From the NCBI GenBank assembly GCA_016927185.1, contig JAFGND010000025.1:15889-79888 (forward strand): a stretch of DNA of 64,000 nt. The letters run 5' to 3'. Positions 18,433 through 28,410 of the stretch are shown here, piece after piece. The stretch comes from Candidatus Coatesbacteria bacterium (lineage in GTDB: Bacteria; JAFGND01). The notes beneath the pieces are model-generated. The model was not told the origin of the DNA, made no database searches, and worked only from the letters and a program-made list of their open reading frames with translations. The position numbers were made by a program, and so were the translations under genes. Positions within the stretch are counted from its first letter, which is position 1; every line of letters begins with the position of its first letter.

Positions 18433-21400
18433 TTAACTTGTAAATCCGAATTTCTTGTCTTTTCCTAATAGCATTGTTGATAGTTTTTCAAAATCAGCTG
18501 ACATTTCAGGGAATTTTTCAGATATTCTCGAAATGGAAATCTCTTCCTTCAACTCCTTAAGCCATGTTCTTGCAGCAGGTTGCATTTTCATTATTATTTC
18601 CCTGAAGAGACTTACCGGAATTACCTGCTTGCCTTTGTTCTGATTGATACTATCCTGAAAAACCTTTTGTATGCATAATTGGTAAGCATTATCCATTTCT
18701 GCAAATGAAAAGCCAATGCTTGCATTAATTGTCTCAGTAACATCCTGCCCTTGAAACTTGCTTTCAAGATATTCCTTTCTTTCACTTTCGTCTGGAAGAG
18801 AGAAATAAACAAAACGATCAATTCTACCTGTAGAAAGAAGTGAAGATGAAACCATATGAGGATTTTTTGTAGTCCCTATAAAGTAAACAAATGTATTTTT
18901 TCCCTGTAGTGCATCAAGTTCAAGCTGGAACTGAGCAATCAATTCATTTGTCGTTTGCTTCTGCCATAATATATCAATGTCATCTACCAGAATCAAGGAA
19001 GGAGACTGTTCTATTGCGGTATTAAATAAATTAGCAATGTTCTTCGAAGCATTACCACTCCATAAATCTAGAAGCTCACTTCCCTTGACTGGTATCAAGG
19101 ATAAATCAGCTTCTCCTGCCAGACAATATGCACAAAAGCTCTTACCTGTACCTGGTGCTCCATAAAACAGGAAGCCTCTTGATAAATCAAGTCCATAATT
19201 CCTGGCTAGCTCCTGTTCTTTCATTGGAAGCAGTACTTCCTGTTTCAGTATTTCTTTCACGGATTTCAATCCGATCATGGTCTTGAAATTCCTGTCAGTT
19301 ACTTTCAATATCTGGAATTTTGCTAATCCTCTTTGCTGATCACTTCCTGCATATATCATTTTCTTGTGTATTCTAGCCTGGTACTTAAGCTCGCATGCGA
19401 GTTCCTGGAATTTATCATTTAGTGATGAAGGATCAATAGCAGCAGAACACGATTCGAACCATCCCCATAATTTGGGTTTTACCAGATTTATTGAATTCTT
19501 GACTGCCTCGAAATCAACAGGTGGGGCTTGAATCCTTGCTGCTGTACTGTCAGGGCGAGTATTCTCTTTTATGACCTTTGCAAATTGAGATTGCGAAGCA
19601 AGATAACATATATTTTCTATTTCCGCACCACTGTAACCTTCAGTCAATTTAGATAATGTCTTCCATTCTTCGTCAGTCAATTGAGGTGGCAATTTGAATT
19701 TATGTTTGAACATATCCAGCCTGGCTTGAATGGTCGGTACCCCAATGTAAATCAATCTGTCAATCCTTCCGGGTCTCAATATTGCCTCATCGATTGCCCA
19801 TGGTCTATTGCTTGCACCTATCACCATTATTTCCTCATCATTCGAGCCGAAACCATCAAGTTCAACGAGGAGCTGGTTTACCATTTCCAGATGAACGCTA
19901 GTTTGTGACCTGTCAACAGATTCTCTCTTACCGCAGAGAATATCAAGCTCATCAAGAAAAACAACGCATGGTGTATGATTCCCTGCAAACTTGAAAAGAT
20001 TCTGTATGTTTCTTGCACCATTTCCAACCCACATATCAACTATTTCTGATACTTTCACATTGATAAGTCCTGCCTGGAATCTTGCTGAAATCGCTTTTGC
20101 AAGCATAGTCTTGCCACATCCCGGAGGACCATAAAGCAGGATTCCCCTGTTTGCCTTCAAGCCATAATGCCTTGCTAGTTGAGGATATTCAAGAGGTGCA
20201 AATATTTCCTGATAAAGAGTTTCTTTTACATCTGCAAGCCCCATTACATCATTGAATGTCACATCATTGACTCGTGAGAGAGAGAAGATTGAAAGCCCTC
20301 TTGACGCACTTCCACTTGATACAGGCATTTTTTTCTTCTGTCTGTAATACCTTTCCATTTCTTCCTTTAATGCCATATATTTACTTTCCAGAACCTCAGA
20401 TTCTATATTTCTGTAGCAATCATCAAACCAGTCTTCCAGCGTAGGCTGGATTTCTTTCTGTGCTTCAAGAAGAAGTGGCATATCTATCAATATCTCTTTT
20501 TCCTGCTGTACAGCTGTTGATAGTGCCTTGCTTGCAGCAATATCAGTTATATTCTGGATTTCCGCTCCACTGTATTGATCTGTTTCCTGTGCCAGCCTCC
20601 TGTAATCAATATTATCTGAAATTGGTCTGTTTTCAAGATTAAGTCTGAATATCTCTGTTCTCATATCTTCATCAGGAACACCTACATAGAACATTCTGTC
20701 CAGTCTTCCTGGTCTTAGTGCTGCTGGATCCAGAGCCCATGGTCTGTTAGTAGCACCAACAATAAGTATTTGCCCCTCGCTTCTGCTGAGATTACCCATT
20801 TCTGCCAGAAATTGATTAACAGCTTTTCTTTGTTCTTCATGCATATTGACTGCCCTGTTAGTAAGGAAGGCATCCAGTTCATCAAGCAGGATCAGAGAAG
20901 GAGCATTTTCTTTTGCAAATTTAAACAGATTAGTGATATTTATTGCTGAGGTTCCCAGCCATACTCCTGAAATATCTGATGATTTCACATCGATGAAATT
21001 CATGCCTGTTTCACCACAAAGTGCTTGCATTATCAGAGATTTTCCACATCCCGGAGGACCATAAAGCAGGATTCCCCTGGTTAGATCAATCTGATAACGC
21101 TTAGCCTGAGCTGGATAACGAAAGGGGAGTACTACTTCCTCATAGAGTCTTTTCTTAAGGTCTTCGAAACCAGCTATCCTTGAAAAGTCCATTCCAGTGA
21201 TTTTCTGGACAGTGAATGTGGATAAACCTTTCTTCAGATCTTCATCATTTAGATACATTTCCTTATGAAAGGTCTGAATAGTCTGAGTGAAGAAACTTCT
21301 TACTAGTGAAACATCCTCTCCTTCCATGAAATTAAGAGAATCAAGTTCTTCTTTTGAAGAGGAGGAATTAATAAAAGCTCTGATTCTTTCTTTAGCAAGA

Positions 21401-22224
21401 TCAGTCTCTATATTAAGCTTATCTGCCCATTTGTAAGTATAAAGATTTATGAAGTGGACTTCATAAACCTCTTTTAAATCAGCGAGAAGTCTGGGTTGTT
21501 CCAGATTTATTGCAGCCGCTTCATTAATAAGCTCCTTGGCTTTTGGAGAGGAAAAAGGTAACATTGCAAGAGCAAAAGCTTCATAAAAATAGAAATTACG
21601 ATTTATTATATTTTCATCATACTTCATGGCAATATCAATACAATTCTTGTAGTCTTTGTCTATCTCGCTTTTCTGGAATCTATTTCTCATTGAATCTATT
21701 GTATATTTGAAATAAAGACATCTTACTGTTTCCCTTGCAATTCTTATATTCTTGGAATTGGGAAGTCCCTGAGAAAGGAACTCCAAACCGAGTTTTGCCC
21801 CGAAATCATAACCATTGAAGCGTTCCTGCATATCAAGCTCTTCATATAAACCAAGAAGCCTGTAACCTAAAACACCCATTTCGGGATAAATGAAACTTTT
21901 CTTGAATTCACCATGCATTTTCCTTAAGGCAATCAAAGCCTCTCCAAATATCTTCTTGGAATAGGTATCCTTTTCGAAATTGGCAAGCCCTCTTACTGCC
22001 TTGTCTTCTTCAATGAAGTTGTTCAAGGCATCATCTGAATAAAAAGTTGCATAATATATTATTACCTGAAGTAACCAGTTCTCAGGAAGAGAGTAATAGT
22101 ATTTGAAAGCTAACTGGAAAGCCATCATCAAGTTGTCTCCCTCGAAAAGGCAATTTATGGCTTCCCGCAAATCATTTTCAAATTGCTTTCTATCAAACTT
22201 TGCAGCAGGTGGTGTTGGTGACAT
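18433..22224 (-). CDS. Triple-AAA+ ATPase (three tandem classic-clade AAA modules) with ~330-aa helical N-terminal domain
   Basis: Walker A in three places ('ILLYGPPGCGKS', 'ILLYGPPGCGKT', 'FLFYGAPGTGKS'). Each is followed by Walker B (LILLDELD / VVFLDELD / LILVDDID) and second-region Arg ('RPGRLDR', 'RPGRIDR', 'STGRIDR'). Confidence 0.8.
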   Translation of the reverse strand: MSPTPPAAKFDRKQFENDLREAINCLFEGDNLMMAFQLAFKYYYSLPENWLLQVIIYYATFYSDDALNNFIEEDKAVRGLANFEKDTYSKKIFGEALIALRKMHGEFKKSFIYPEMGVLGYRLLGLYEELDMQERFNGYDFGAKLGLEFLSQGLPNSKNIRIARETVRCLYFKYTIDSMRNRFQKSEIDKDYKNCIDIAMKYDENIINRNFYFYEAFALAMLPFSSPKAKELINEAAAINLEQPRLLADLKEVYEVHFINLYTYKWADKLNIETDLAKERIRAFINSSSSKEELDSLNFMEGEDVSLVRSFFTQTIQTFHKEMYLNDEDLKKGLSTFTVQKITGMDFSRIAGFEDLKKRLYEEVVLPFRYPAQAKRYQIDLTRGILLYGPPGCGKSLIMQALCGETGMNFIDVKSSDISGVWLGTSAINITNLFKFAKENAPSLILLDELDAFLTNRAVNMHEEQRKAVNQFLAEMGNLSRSEGQILIVGATNRPWALDPAALRPGRLDRMFYVGVPDEDMRTEIFRLNLENRPISDNIDYRRLAQETDQYSGAEIQNITDIAASKALSTAVQQEKEILIDMPLLLEAQKEIQPTLEDWFDDCYRNIESEVLESKYMALKEEMERYYRQKKKMPVSSGSASRGLSIFSLSRVNDVTFNDVMGLADVKETLYQEIFAPLEYPQLARHYGLKANRGILLYGPPGCGKTMLAKAISARFQAGLINVKVSEIVDMWVGNGARNIQNLFKFAGNHTPCVVFLDELDILCGKRESVDRSQTSVHLEMVNQLLVELDGFGSNDEEIMVIGASNRPWAIDEAILRPGRIDRLIYIGVPTIQARLDMFKHKFKLPPQLTDEEWKTLSKLTEGYSGAEIENICYLASQSQFAKVIKENTRPDSTAARIQAPPVDFEAVKNSINLVKPKLWGWFESCSAAIDPSSLNDKFQELACELKYQARIHKKMIYAGSDQQRGLAKFQILKVTDRNFKTMIGLKSVKEILKQEVLLPMKEQELARNYGLDLSRGFLFYGAPGTGKSFCAYCLAGEADLSLIPVKGSELLDLWSGNASKNIANLFNTAIEQSPSLILVDDIDILWQKQTTNELIAQFQLELDALQGKNTFVYFIGTTKNPHMVSSSLLSTGRIDRFVYFSLPDESERKEYLESKFQGQDVTETINASIGFSFAEMDNAYQLCIQKVFQDSINQNKGKQVIPVSLFREIIMKMQPAARTWLKELKEEISISRISEKFPEMSADFEKLSTMLLGKDKKFGFTS
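20114..20149 (-). repeat. 36-nt exact direct repeat (copy 2) inside the AAA gene, encoding 'RGILLYGPPGCG' of module 2
   Basis: Identical to 21044-21079. Confidence 0.8.
21044..21079 (-). repeat. 36-nt exact direct repeat (copy 1) inside the AAA gene, encoding 'RGILLYGPPGCG' of module 1
   Basis: Identical to 20114-20149. Confidence 0.8.
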
Positions 22225-22239
22225 TTCACTCCTTTAAAA

Positions 22240-23595
22240 CTATTTGGTGGTTGAAATCCTTTTTTCCATCAAACTGTCAAATCTTTTTGAGTAATTCTGT
22301 AATAATGCAGGTAATTTAGACAACTCTATATCATTCAGTGGAGGAAAAGAAATCAACCTGTTTTTCAGTGGATTAACATTCCTTCCTCCAACTTTTATCC
22401 TGTAATCCAGGTGAGGACCTGTACTTAATCCTGTTGAACCGACATATCCAATAACTCTTCCTGTTTTTACGAATGTGCCTTTGTTTACTCCTTTTGCAAA
22501 ACTGTTCAAATGTCCATAATAAGTGACAACTCCTGCCATATGCTTTATTGCAATCATGTTTCCGTATCCTCCACTCCTTCCCTTCATGACAACAGTACCT
22601 GATGAAGCTGCTCGAACTGGAGTTCCTTTTTTTGCAACAAAGTCTATTGCAAGGTGAGGTCTGTATCTCTTTAGAATAGGATGCATTCTTCTAATTCTAT
22701 AATTACTGGATATCCTTTTGAATCTTAACGGTATTATTAATGCAATTCTGTGAAGGCACTTTCCTGTTTCAGTATAATACAGACCTTCCCCTGGATCCTT
22801 TTCAAGAATAGGAAGAGAATCATCTTCAGCTACAACTTCTTCCTGTTTCAATGATGAAGGATAAAAAGCCAACTGGTATGTCCTGTCAGTTGTTTCTGCC
22901 TTGCTCCACCATAACTGCTTGAATTCTCTTCTTCCTCCGGGTAAAACCTGTTCAGTTATCAGGAATGAAAAGACAGTCCCTTTTTCTCTGCATTTCTTTG
23001 TTCCTATATATCTTGCCCAGAATTGTATTGCTTGCTTGATAAAAGCTGGATTATTATATTTCTCGGCAAGCATTGGCTGCATTCTTGTTGAGAGAGTGCA
23101 AACCAAGGCTCTTTCCTGAAGCCCTTCCTTCATTGTTACGCACTGCATAAGCCATCCATGAGAAGTCCTGTAACCCCGGTATATCTCCTTGCTTTCTCTT
23201 TGAAGTTCAAGACTGTCAATTGATCCATCAGCATTCTTTGAAAATAATGTTATTTTATCTCCCTTCTGAGATATTCCAACATCCTTGTTCTCCTTGAAAG
23301 CTTCAACCAGGCTATCAATCCTGTTCTCAGGTTGTCCTATTCTCAGAAAAAAGTCGTTCCATGTCTCCCTTGTTTTCACTTCAATTAATTCTGGATAGTA
23401 ACCTGAAGGTTTAATTTTTTCCTCCACCTTCACAGGTTCTTCTTTTTTTTCGCTTTTCCTTGATATTTCAATGAATAATCCTCTTACACTTATAAAAACA
23501 AGGAAAATACCAATAATAAGAATAAAAAGAAGTCCATAAGGCAAGAATCTGTTCCAAATGATGAGGTTTTTCCATATATCCTTAAGGAAATTCAT
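22240..23595 (-). CDS. Membrane-anchored M23/LytM-family metallopeptidase
   Basis: N-terminal TM helix. C-terminal 'GYVGSTGLSTGPHLDYRIKVGGRNVNPL' is the M23 HxH/HLH zinc motif region. Overlaps the upstream gene by 4 nt (atga). Confidence 0.75.
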   Translation of the reverse strand: MNFLKDIWKNLIIWNRFLPYGLLFILIIGIFLVFISVRGLFIEISRKSEKKEEPVKVEEKIKPSGYYPELIEVKTRETWNDFFLRIGQPENRIDSLVEAFKENKDVGISQKGDKITLFSKNADGSIDSLELQRESKEIYRGYRTSHGWLMQCVTMKEGLQERALVCTLSTRMQPMLAEKYNNPAFIKQAIQFWARYIGTKKCREKGTVFSFLITEQVLPGGRREFKQLWWSKAETTDRTYQLAFYPSSLKQEEVVAEDDSLPILEKDPGEGLYYTETGKCLHRIALIIPLRFKRISSNYRIRRMHPILKRYRPHLAIDFVAKKGTPVRAASSGTVVMKGRSGGYGNMIAIKHMAGVVTYYGHLNSFAKGVNKGTFVKTGRVIGYVGSTGLSTGPHLDYRIKVGGRNVNPLKNRLISFPPLNDIELSKLPALLQNYSKRFDSLMEKRISTTK

Positions 23596-25739
23596 TTTAC
23601 TGTTTCTTCTTTTCCTGCAATCATTTCTATAAGCCGTGATATCTGTTTTGAATACTTCGGATCATTTATCAGGAAGTTATAGTATATGGCTTTCATCAAG
23701 TTTTCATTAGCACTTTTTTCCATTTGTAGCATATATTGTGACCATGCCAGGACAGTGTATGCTGGTGTCCATTTACTCCTATGCTTTATTATTTCAGAAG
23801 CAATCTCTGCTGATAATAAATACTGCTTATTGATTAGAGCCAGTTCTGCATGAATAAGCTTAATTGAAGTTAGATCAGGATGCTTGCTAGCGTAAGATGA
23901 CATGAGTTTATATGAATCAAGATAATTTTTTTTCTTGAAAAGCAAACAGGCCTTTACAAACTCTGACTCTTCTGGATTATTCCTGAGTTTTTTGGAGATA
24001 TTTTTTAAAAGAAAAAGCCTTATCTTGCCTACCATGAATTGAGACAATACAAGCAAAGAATCAGCATTTTCAAGACTCATAAGGTACTTGCCTTCTTCTG
24101 TCTTCGGATCAACAAGGAAATAATCAACTTCCGAAACACTATTGAAGTCGCTTATTCCATTTTCATGGAGAACGAATCTTGTCTTGTTACTTAATCCAGG
24201 CAGCGCAGACCAGGAAGCACCCAACTTCTTGTTTCCAACAATCTCTGCAACCTCCCTGCTTGTAGCAAGTTGAGAAAACTGCTGATTGTTATTATTAGCA
24301 GAGATATGAATGACAAGGAAATATGAATTCACCAGGAAAAGAAATCCAGCGAAATATTTGACATAGTTCAGGTTGAGATTGAGTTTTTCTTTTCTCATGA
24401 ACATGAGAATCAATATCGCTGCAATCAAGGATATCAAATCGTGTAAATAGGCTGGTTTAGTGAATTTCAATATCATCATATCCTCGTCATGCATATACAT
24501 CATATATCTTTGTGGAATGAACTCACCAGCAGCAAAAGTGAATCTCAAGAACGTGTAGCAGACAATTGCTAGTATTGGCAAGAGAATCAAGTAATGTAAT
24601 AATGAGAAGTCTGGGTTCTCGAAAATATTCTTTTTCTTCATCACTTTCCACATTTCGATGATTACTATTGGCATGGGAAGCAGAAGCATCATTTCATATC
24701 TTAATGGACAATATGTATTCAGGGAAAGATAGCATGGTATAAGTAAAAGCATCAGGATACTCCATTTTACATATAATCTCAGATTAGCTCCATATTGTTT
24801 TACTGAATAAATTGATGCAATACCTAAAGCCAGATAGCCAAGAATCATTTGAGCAGGAGCTTGCTGGGCAAGTAAAGAAAAAGTTCCTATTCTTCTTAAG
24901 CCATCAATATAATCATATATGGAAGTTATCATTGGTTGGGCTTTTGTTATAGTCAAATATGCATTTTTCCATTCCTGGTAATCAGGCAAAATAAGTATAA
25001 AAAGATATAGAATGAATGTAGCAAATGCTCCAGATAGAAAAAAGACTAACCTGTTCCTTGCTTCTCTTCTACCATTAAATGGCAACAGGAAATCCCATAG
25101 CAAAGAGATGAAAGTCACTAATACTATACTTGAAGCTGCAGCTTTTATTCCCATTGCAGCAAGAACCATCAATGACCCTCCCAGAGATATCAAGTATTTA
25201 TTATTCTTTAGTATAAGGAGCAATCCTGTCATTACTAAGGCAAACATCGGAAATTCAAGAAGCGCTAGCTTGCCATAAGCATAGAATGGTATGCAGAGAA
25301 CGAATATCAAGCAGCCTATAAAAGAATGAAGTTCATCGTTTTCCTTTCTCAATATTGAAAAATAGATGAATATCAGTCCTAATGCAGAGAGAATGCTTAT
25401 CAATCTAGCCGAGAAGAAAGAGACACCTATAACTTTGAAAACAGAATACTGAATTATTGAAAGAAATGATGTCAGATAGAATCTTGGCCAATTCCCCTCA
25501 GGTTTCCATGAGCCGAAATATATCTTGTTGATCGCAGGTGCTGCCCAGAAAGCTTCATCAGAGAAAGGTCCTGCAGACCAGCTCATCCCGAGCAGGGGAT
25601 CCCCCTCTGTTTCATGAAATAAAAGGAAAGCAGATATAATAAGCAGAATAATGAAACATATCTTGACTTTCGGGATTCGTATTTTTCGTTCCTTTACTGT
25701 ACTTGATGAACGCAATGTTTTTGATTTTTTCTTTGCCAT
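23592..25739 (-). CDS. GT-C fold glycosyltransferase (PMT_2 / family 39/83-like) with C-terminal TPR region; TMTC-like architecture
   Basis: About 12 TM helices. First periplasmic loop 'FSDEAFWAAPAINKIYFGSWKPEGNWPRFYLTSF…FSARLISILSALGLIFIYF' fits the PMT_2/ArnT loop-1 'DE' pattern. Last ~150 aa are soluble and TPR-like. Confidence 0.55.
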   Translation of the reverse strand: MAKKKSKTLRSSSTVKERKIRIPKVKICFIILLIISAFLLFHETEGDPLLGMSWSAGPFSDEAFWAAPAINKIYFGSWKPEGNWPRFYLTSFLSIIQYSVFKVIGVSFFSARLISILSALGLIFIYFSILRKENDELHSFIGCLIFVLCIPFYAYGKLALLEFPMFALVMTGLLLILKNNKYLISLGGSLMVLAAMGIKAAASSIVLVTFISLLWDFLLPFNGRREARNRLVFFLSGAFATFILYLFILILPDYQEWKNAYLTITKAQPMITSIYDYIDGLRRIGTFSLLAQQAPAQMILGYLALGIASIYSVKQYGANLRLYVKWSILMLLLIPCYLSLNTYCPLRYEMMLLLPMPIVIIEMWKVMKKKNIFENPDFSLLHYLILLPILAIVCYTFLRFTFAAGEFIPQRYMMYMHDEDMMILKFTKPAYLHDLISLIAAILILMFMRKEKLNLNLNYVKYFAGFLFLVNSYFLVIHISANNNNQQFSQLATSREVAEIVGNKKLGASWSALPGLSNKTRFVLHENGISDFNSVSEVDYFLVDPKTEEGKYLMSLENADSLLVLSQFMVGKIRLFLLKNISKKLRNNPEESEFVKACLLFKKKNYLDSYKLMSSYASKHPDLTSIKLIHAELALINKQYLLSAEIASEIIKHRSKWTPAYTVLAWSQYMLQMEKSANENLMKAIYYNFLINDPKYSKQISRLIEMIAGKEETVK

Positions 25740-25831
25740 TTTTTATTACCCAATCTCATACTCATTATAGAAAAGTCAAAATAAATGTGATTTGACTTGA
25801 CCAAAGCATGAAAAATATATCCCTTGATTAA

Positions 25832-27094
25832 GTGAAAAGGAATGCATTTGTTTTTCTGGCTTTTATAATGATCGCCTGTTCAAGCATGTCTAGCAAAGCC
25901 AGAAATGAAGATCAAAAAACTGACACCAAAGAAGAAATCTCAGAGGAAATGAAAAAAGAAGGTATCCGGAAAGTGCTTACTGGAATAGATGTTCTTGAAA
26001 GAGATTCTTTCAAGATTCTCAAAGGCAAGAGAATAGGTTTGATAACAAATCATTCCGCCCAAAATAGTAATGGAATTAGTACAGTTGAACTGCTTTCCAG
26101 GAATACAAGACTTGTGAAATTGTTCGCTCCAGAACATGGTATAGAAGGAAGTCATGGAAAACCTTTCCCTGGTTCCTGGAATTATGATTATGGTATTCCT
26201 GTCATAAGTTTATACTCAAAGTCAAAAAAACCTTCATCTTCTGATCTGGACGATATTGATGCTTTAGTATTCGATATCCAATCTGCTGGAGCAAGATATT
26301 ATACCTATATAACCACAATGGGATATTGTATGGAAGCAGCTGCAATGCATAACAAGGAATTCATTGTCCTGGACAGACCTAATCCTGCAGGAGGAAATAA
26401 AGTAAGTGGAGCTGTTCCCCTGAAAACAGAATGTAAAAGCTTCATCTGCTATTATTCACTTGCAACTCAGCATGGTATGACTATTGGAGAACTTGCTAAT
26501 ATGTTCAAGGAGGAAAAGAAGTTAAGTCTTGAACTGACAGTCATTCAAATGAAAGGATGGAGTAGAAGCATGACCTATGACAAAACAGGTCTTTCATATA
26601 TACCACCTTCTCCCAATCTCAAGAGACAGGAATCAATTATACCTTATTGCATACTTGGCTTTCTTGAGCATTCAAATATTTCGGTAGGCAGGGGAACTGA
26701 ATATCCGTTTGAAATCTATGGAGCTCCTTTTATTGATGAAAAGAATATGGTAGAAGAACTCAACAACTTCAGATTGAAAGGTGTTGAATTCAAGGAAGCG
26801 ACTTTTATTCCAGAAGGAAGTTTTTACAAAGGAAAACTGTGCAAAGGTTTCAGGATTCATATTTCTGATAAATCTGAATACGAGGGAAATGAAATTGCAA
26901 TGGCAGTATTGGTAACTCTTCACAAGCTGAATAAACATAATTTCAAGCCTTCAAATGCTTTTAACTCAGCATTTGGCTCAAGAAAGATTTCGAATCTGGT
27001 CTTCAGGGATACTGACATAAAGATACTGAAACATCTATTAATGAAACAGAATGAGACCTTTCTTGGCAGGAGAAAAAAATACTTGTTATATTGA
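25832..27094 (+). CDS. namZ: DUF1343-family exo-beta-N-acetylmuramidase (NamZ-like) lipoprotein
   Basis: Lipobox 'IACSS'. Motifs 'LFAPEHG', 'LVFDIQSAGARYYTYITTM', 'IVLDRPNPAGG', 'HGMTIGELA', 'PPSPN', 'VGRGTEYPFE' match the DUF1343 family consensus. Confidence 0.7.
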   Translation: MKRNAFVFLAFIMIACSSMSSKARNEDQKTDTKEEISEEMKKEGIRKVLTGIDVLERDSFKILKGKRIGLITNHSAQNSNGISTVELLSRNTRLVKLFAPEHGIEGSHGKPFPGSWNYDYGIPVISLYSKSKKPSSSDLDDIDALVFDIQSAGARYYTYITTMGYCMEAAAMHNKEFIVLDRPNPAGGNKVSGAVPLKTECKSFICYYSLATQHGMTIGELANMFKEEKKLSLELTVIQMKGWSRSMTYDKTGLSYIPPSPNLKRQESIIPYCILGFLEHSNISVGRGTEYPFEIYGAPFIDEKNMVEELNNFRLKGVEFKEATFIPEGSFYKGKLCKGFRIHISDKSEYEGNEIAMAVLVTLHKLNKHNFKPSNAFNSAFGSRKISNLVFRDTDIKILKHLLMKQNETFLGRRKKYLLY

Positions 27095-27189
27095 GCCTTG
27101 AACTGAATTTTTTTATTTACTTAATATGTCATGAAAATGATATTGTCATGGATAATTAATTAGATATTGTTTGGGGATAAAGGAGAGAT

Positions 27190-28407
27190 ATGGAAAGAAA
27201 TATTTATAAGAAAAGAAGAGATGCTTTATTCAAGCAGCTCCCCAAAGATTCTGTTGCTATAATTCCTTCATTATCGGGTAATCCAGAAAATCAGCCTTAT
27301 GATGCCAGTTTCTATTATCTGACTGGATTAATGCTTAATAATGCAATACTTGTAATGACAAAAGAGAAAAGCGTTGAGAAAGAAACCATATACAGGATGA
27401 AGATAGATCCTGTCTTATCTTTATGGGTATGCTCTCCTCCACCAGATGATGAGCTGAGGGCTAAAAGTGGTATAAAGGACCTGAAGGATTTTAGCTTAGA
27501 TGCTTTATTAGATACATTATACAATGAAGCTGCTAAAGGCATGAAGGATTTCTATCTTCACTATACCCCAAAGAAGCCAAATCTTCCATCTTCTTTATCA
27601 CAAGCACTTGTTGAGAAAATAAGAAGGTATTTGCCTCATATAAACTTGATATGGCTTTCTCCCATAATTTACGAGCTGAGAAGAGTCAAAACTCCTCAAG
27701 AAGTAACTTTATTCAAGGAAGCAATACGCATTACAAAGAATGCAATTGTAAATGTTTTCTCTAGAAGATCGATATATCAGAATGAATGCCAGGTTTATGC
27801 AGATTATAGTGCTTCATTGATAAATGAACTGAACAGAAAAAGTGGCTTCAATGTAATTGTTGCAGCAGGGAAGAATGCAACAATACTGCATTATGATAAC
27901 AATAACTCCCCTATACATAATAATTCAATGGTCTTGATTGATGCAGGATGTGACTATGAAGGTTATAACAGTGATATAACCAGATGTTTTCCAAGAGGGA
28001 AACTATTCCCTGCAAAAGCAAAGCACATATATGAAGCAGTCTTGACAGCACAGGAGCTTATAATAAAATCAATCAAGCCCGGAGTTTCACTTCAGGAGAT
28101 AAATGATAATGCAAAAGATATTATTTTCAGGGTTTACAAAGATGCCAGGATAGTGAAAACACTAGATGAATTAAGCAAGGTCTATTATCATGGTGCAAGT
28201 CACTATTTGGGGCTAGAAGTCCACGATGTTGGTATAAGATCCAGACTTCTGAAACCTGGTTGTGTCCTGACCGTTGAACCTGGTTGTTATGTAGAAAAGC
28301 TTGGAATTGGGATAAGGATTGAAGATGATATCCTTGTCACTTCCTCGGGATATGAAAACCTTTCCTTTTCAATTCCGAAGAAGATAAAGGAGATTGAAGC
28401 ATTATAG
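27190..28407 (+). CDS. pepP: Xaa-Pro aminopeptidase (M24B)
   Basis: 'HGASHYLGLEVHDVG' and 'VLTVEPGCY' are the M24 pita-bread metal-ligand motifs. Confidence 0.75.
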   Translation: MERNIYKKRRDALFKQLPKDSVAIIPSLSGNPENQPYDASFYYLTGLMLNNAILVMTKEKSVEKETIYRMKIDPVLSLWVCSPPPDDELRAKSGIKDLKDFSLDALLDTLYNEAAKGMKDFYLHYTPKKPNLPSSLSQALVEKIRRYLPHINLIWLSPIIYELRRVKTPQEVTLFKEAIRITKNAIVNVFSRRSIYQNECQVYADYSASLINELNRKSGFNVIVAAGKNATILHYDNNNSPIHNNSMVLIDAGCDYEGYNSDITRCFPRGKLFPAKAKHIYEAVLTAQELIIKSIKPGVSLQEINDNAKDIIFRVYKDARIVKTLDELSKVYYHGASHYLGLEVHDVGIRSRLLKPGCVLTVEPGCYVEKLGIGIRIEDDILVTSSGYENLSFSIPKKIKEIEAL

Positions 28408-28410
28408 AAA

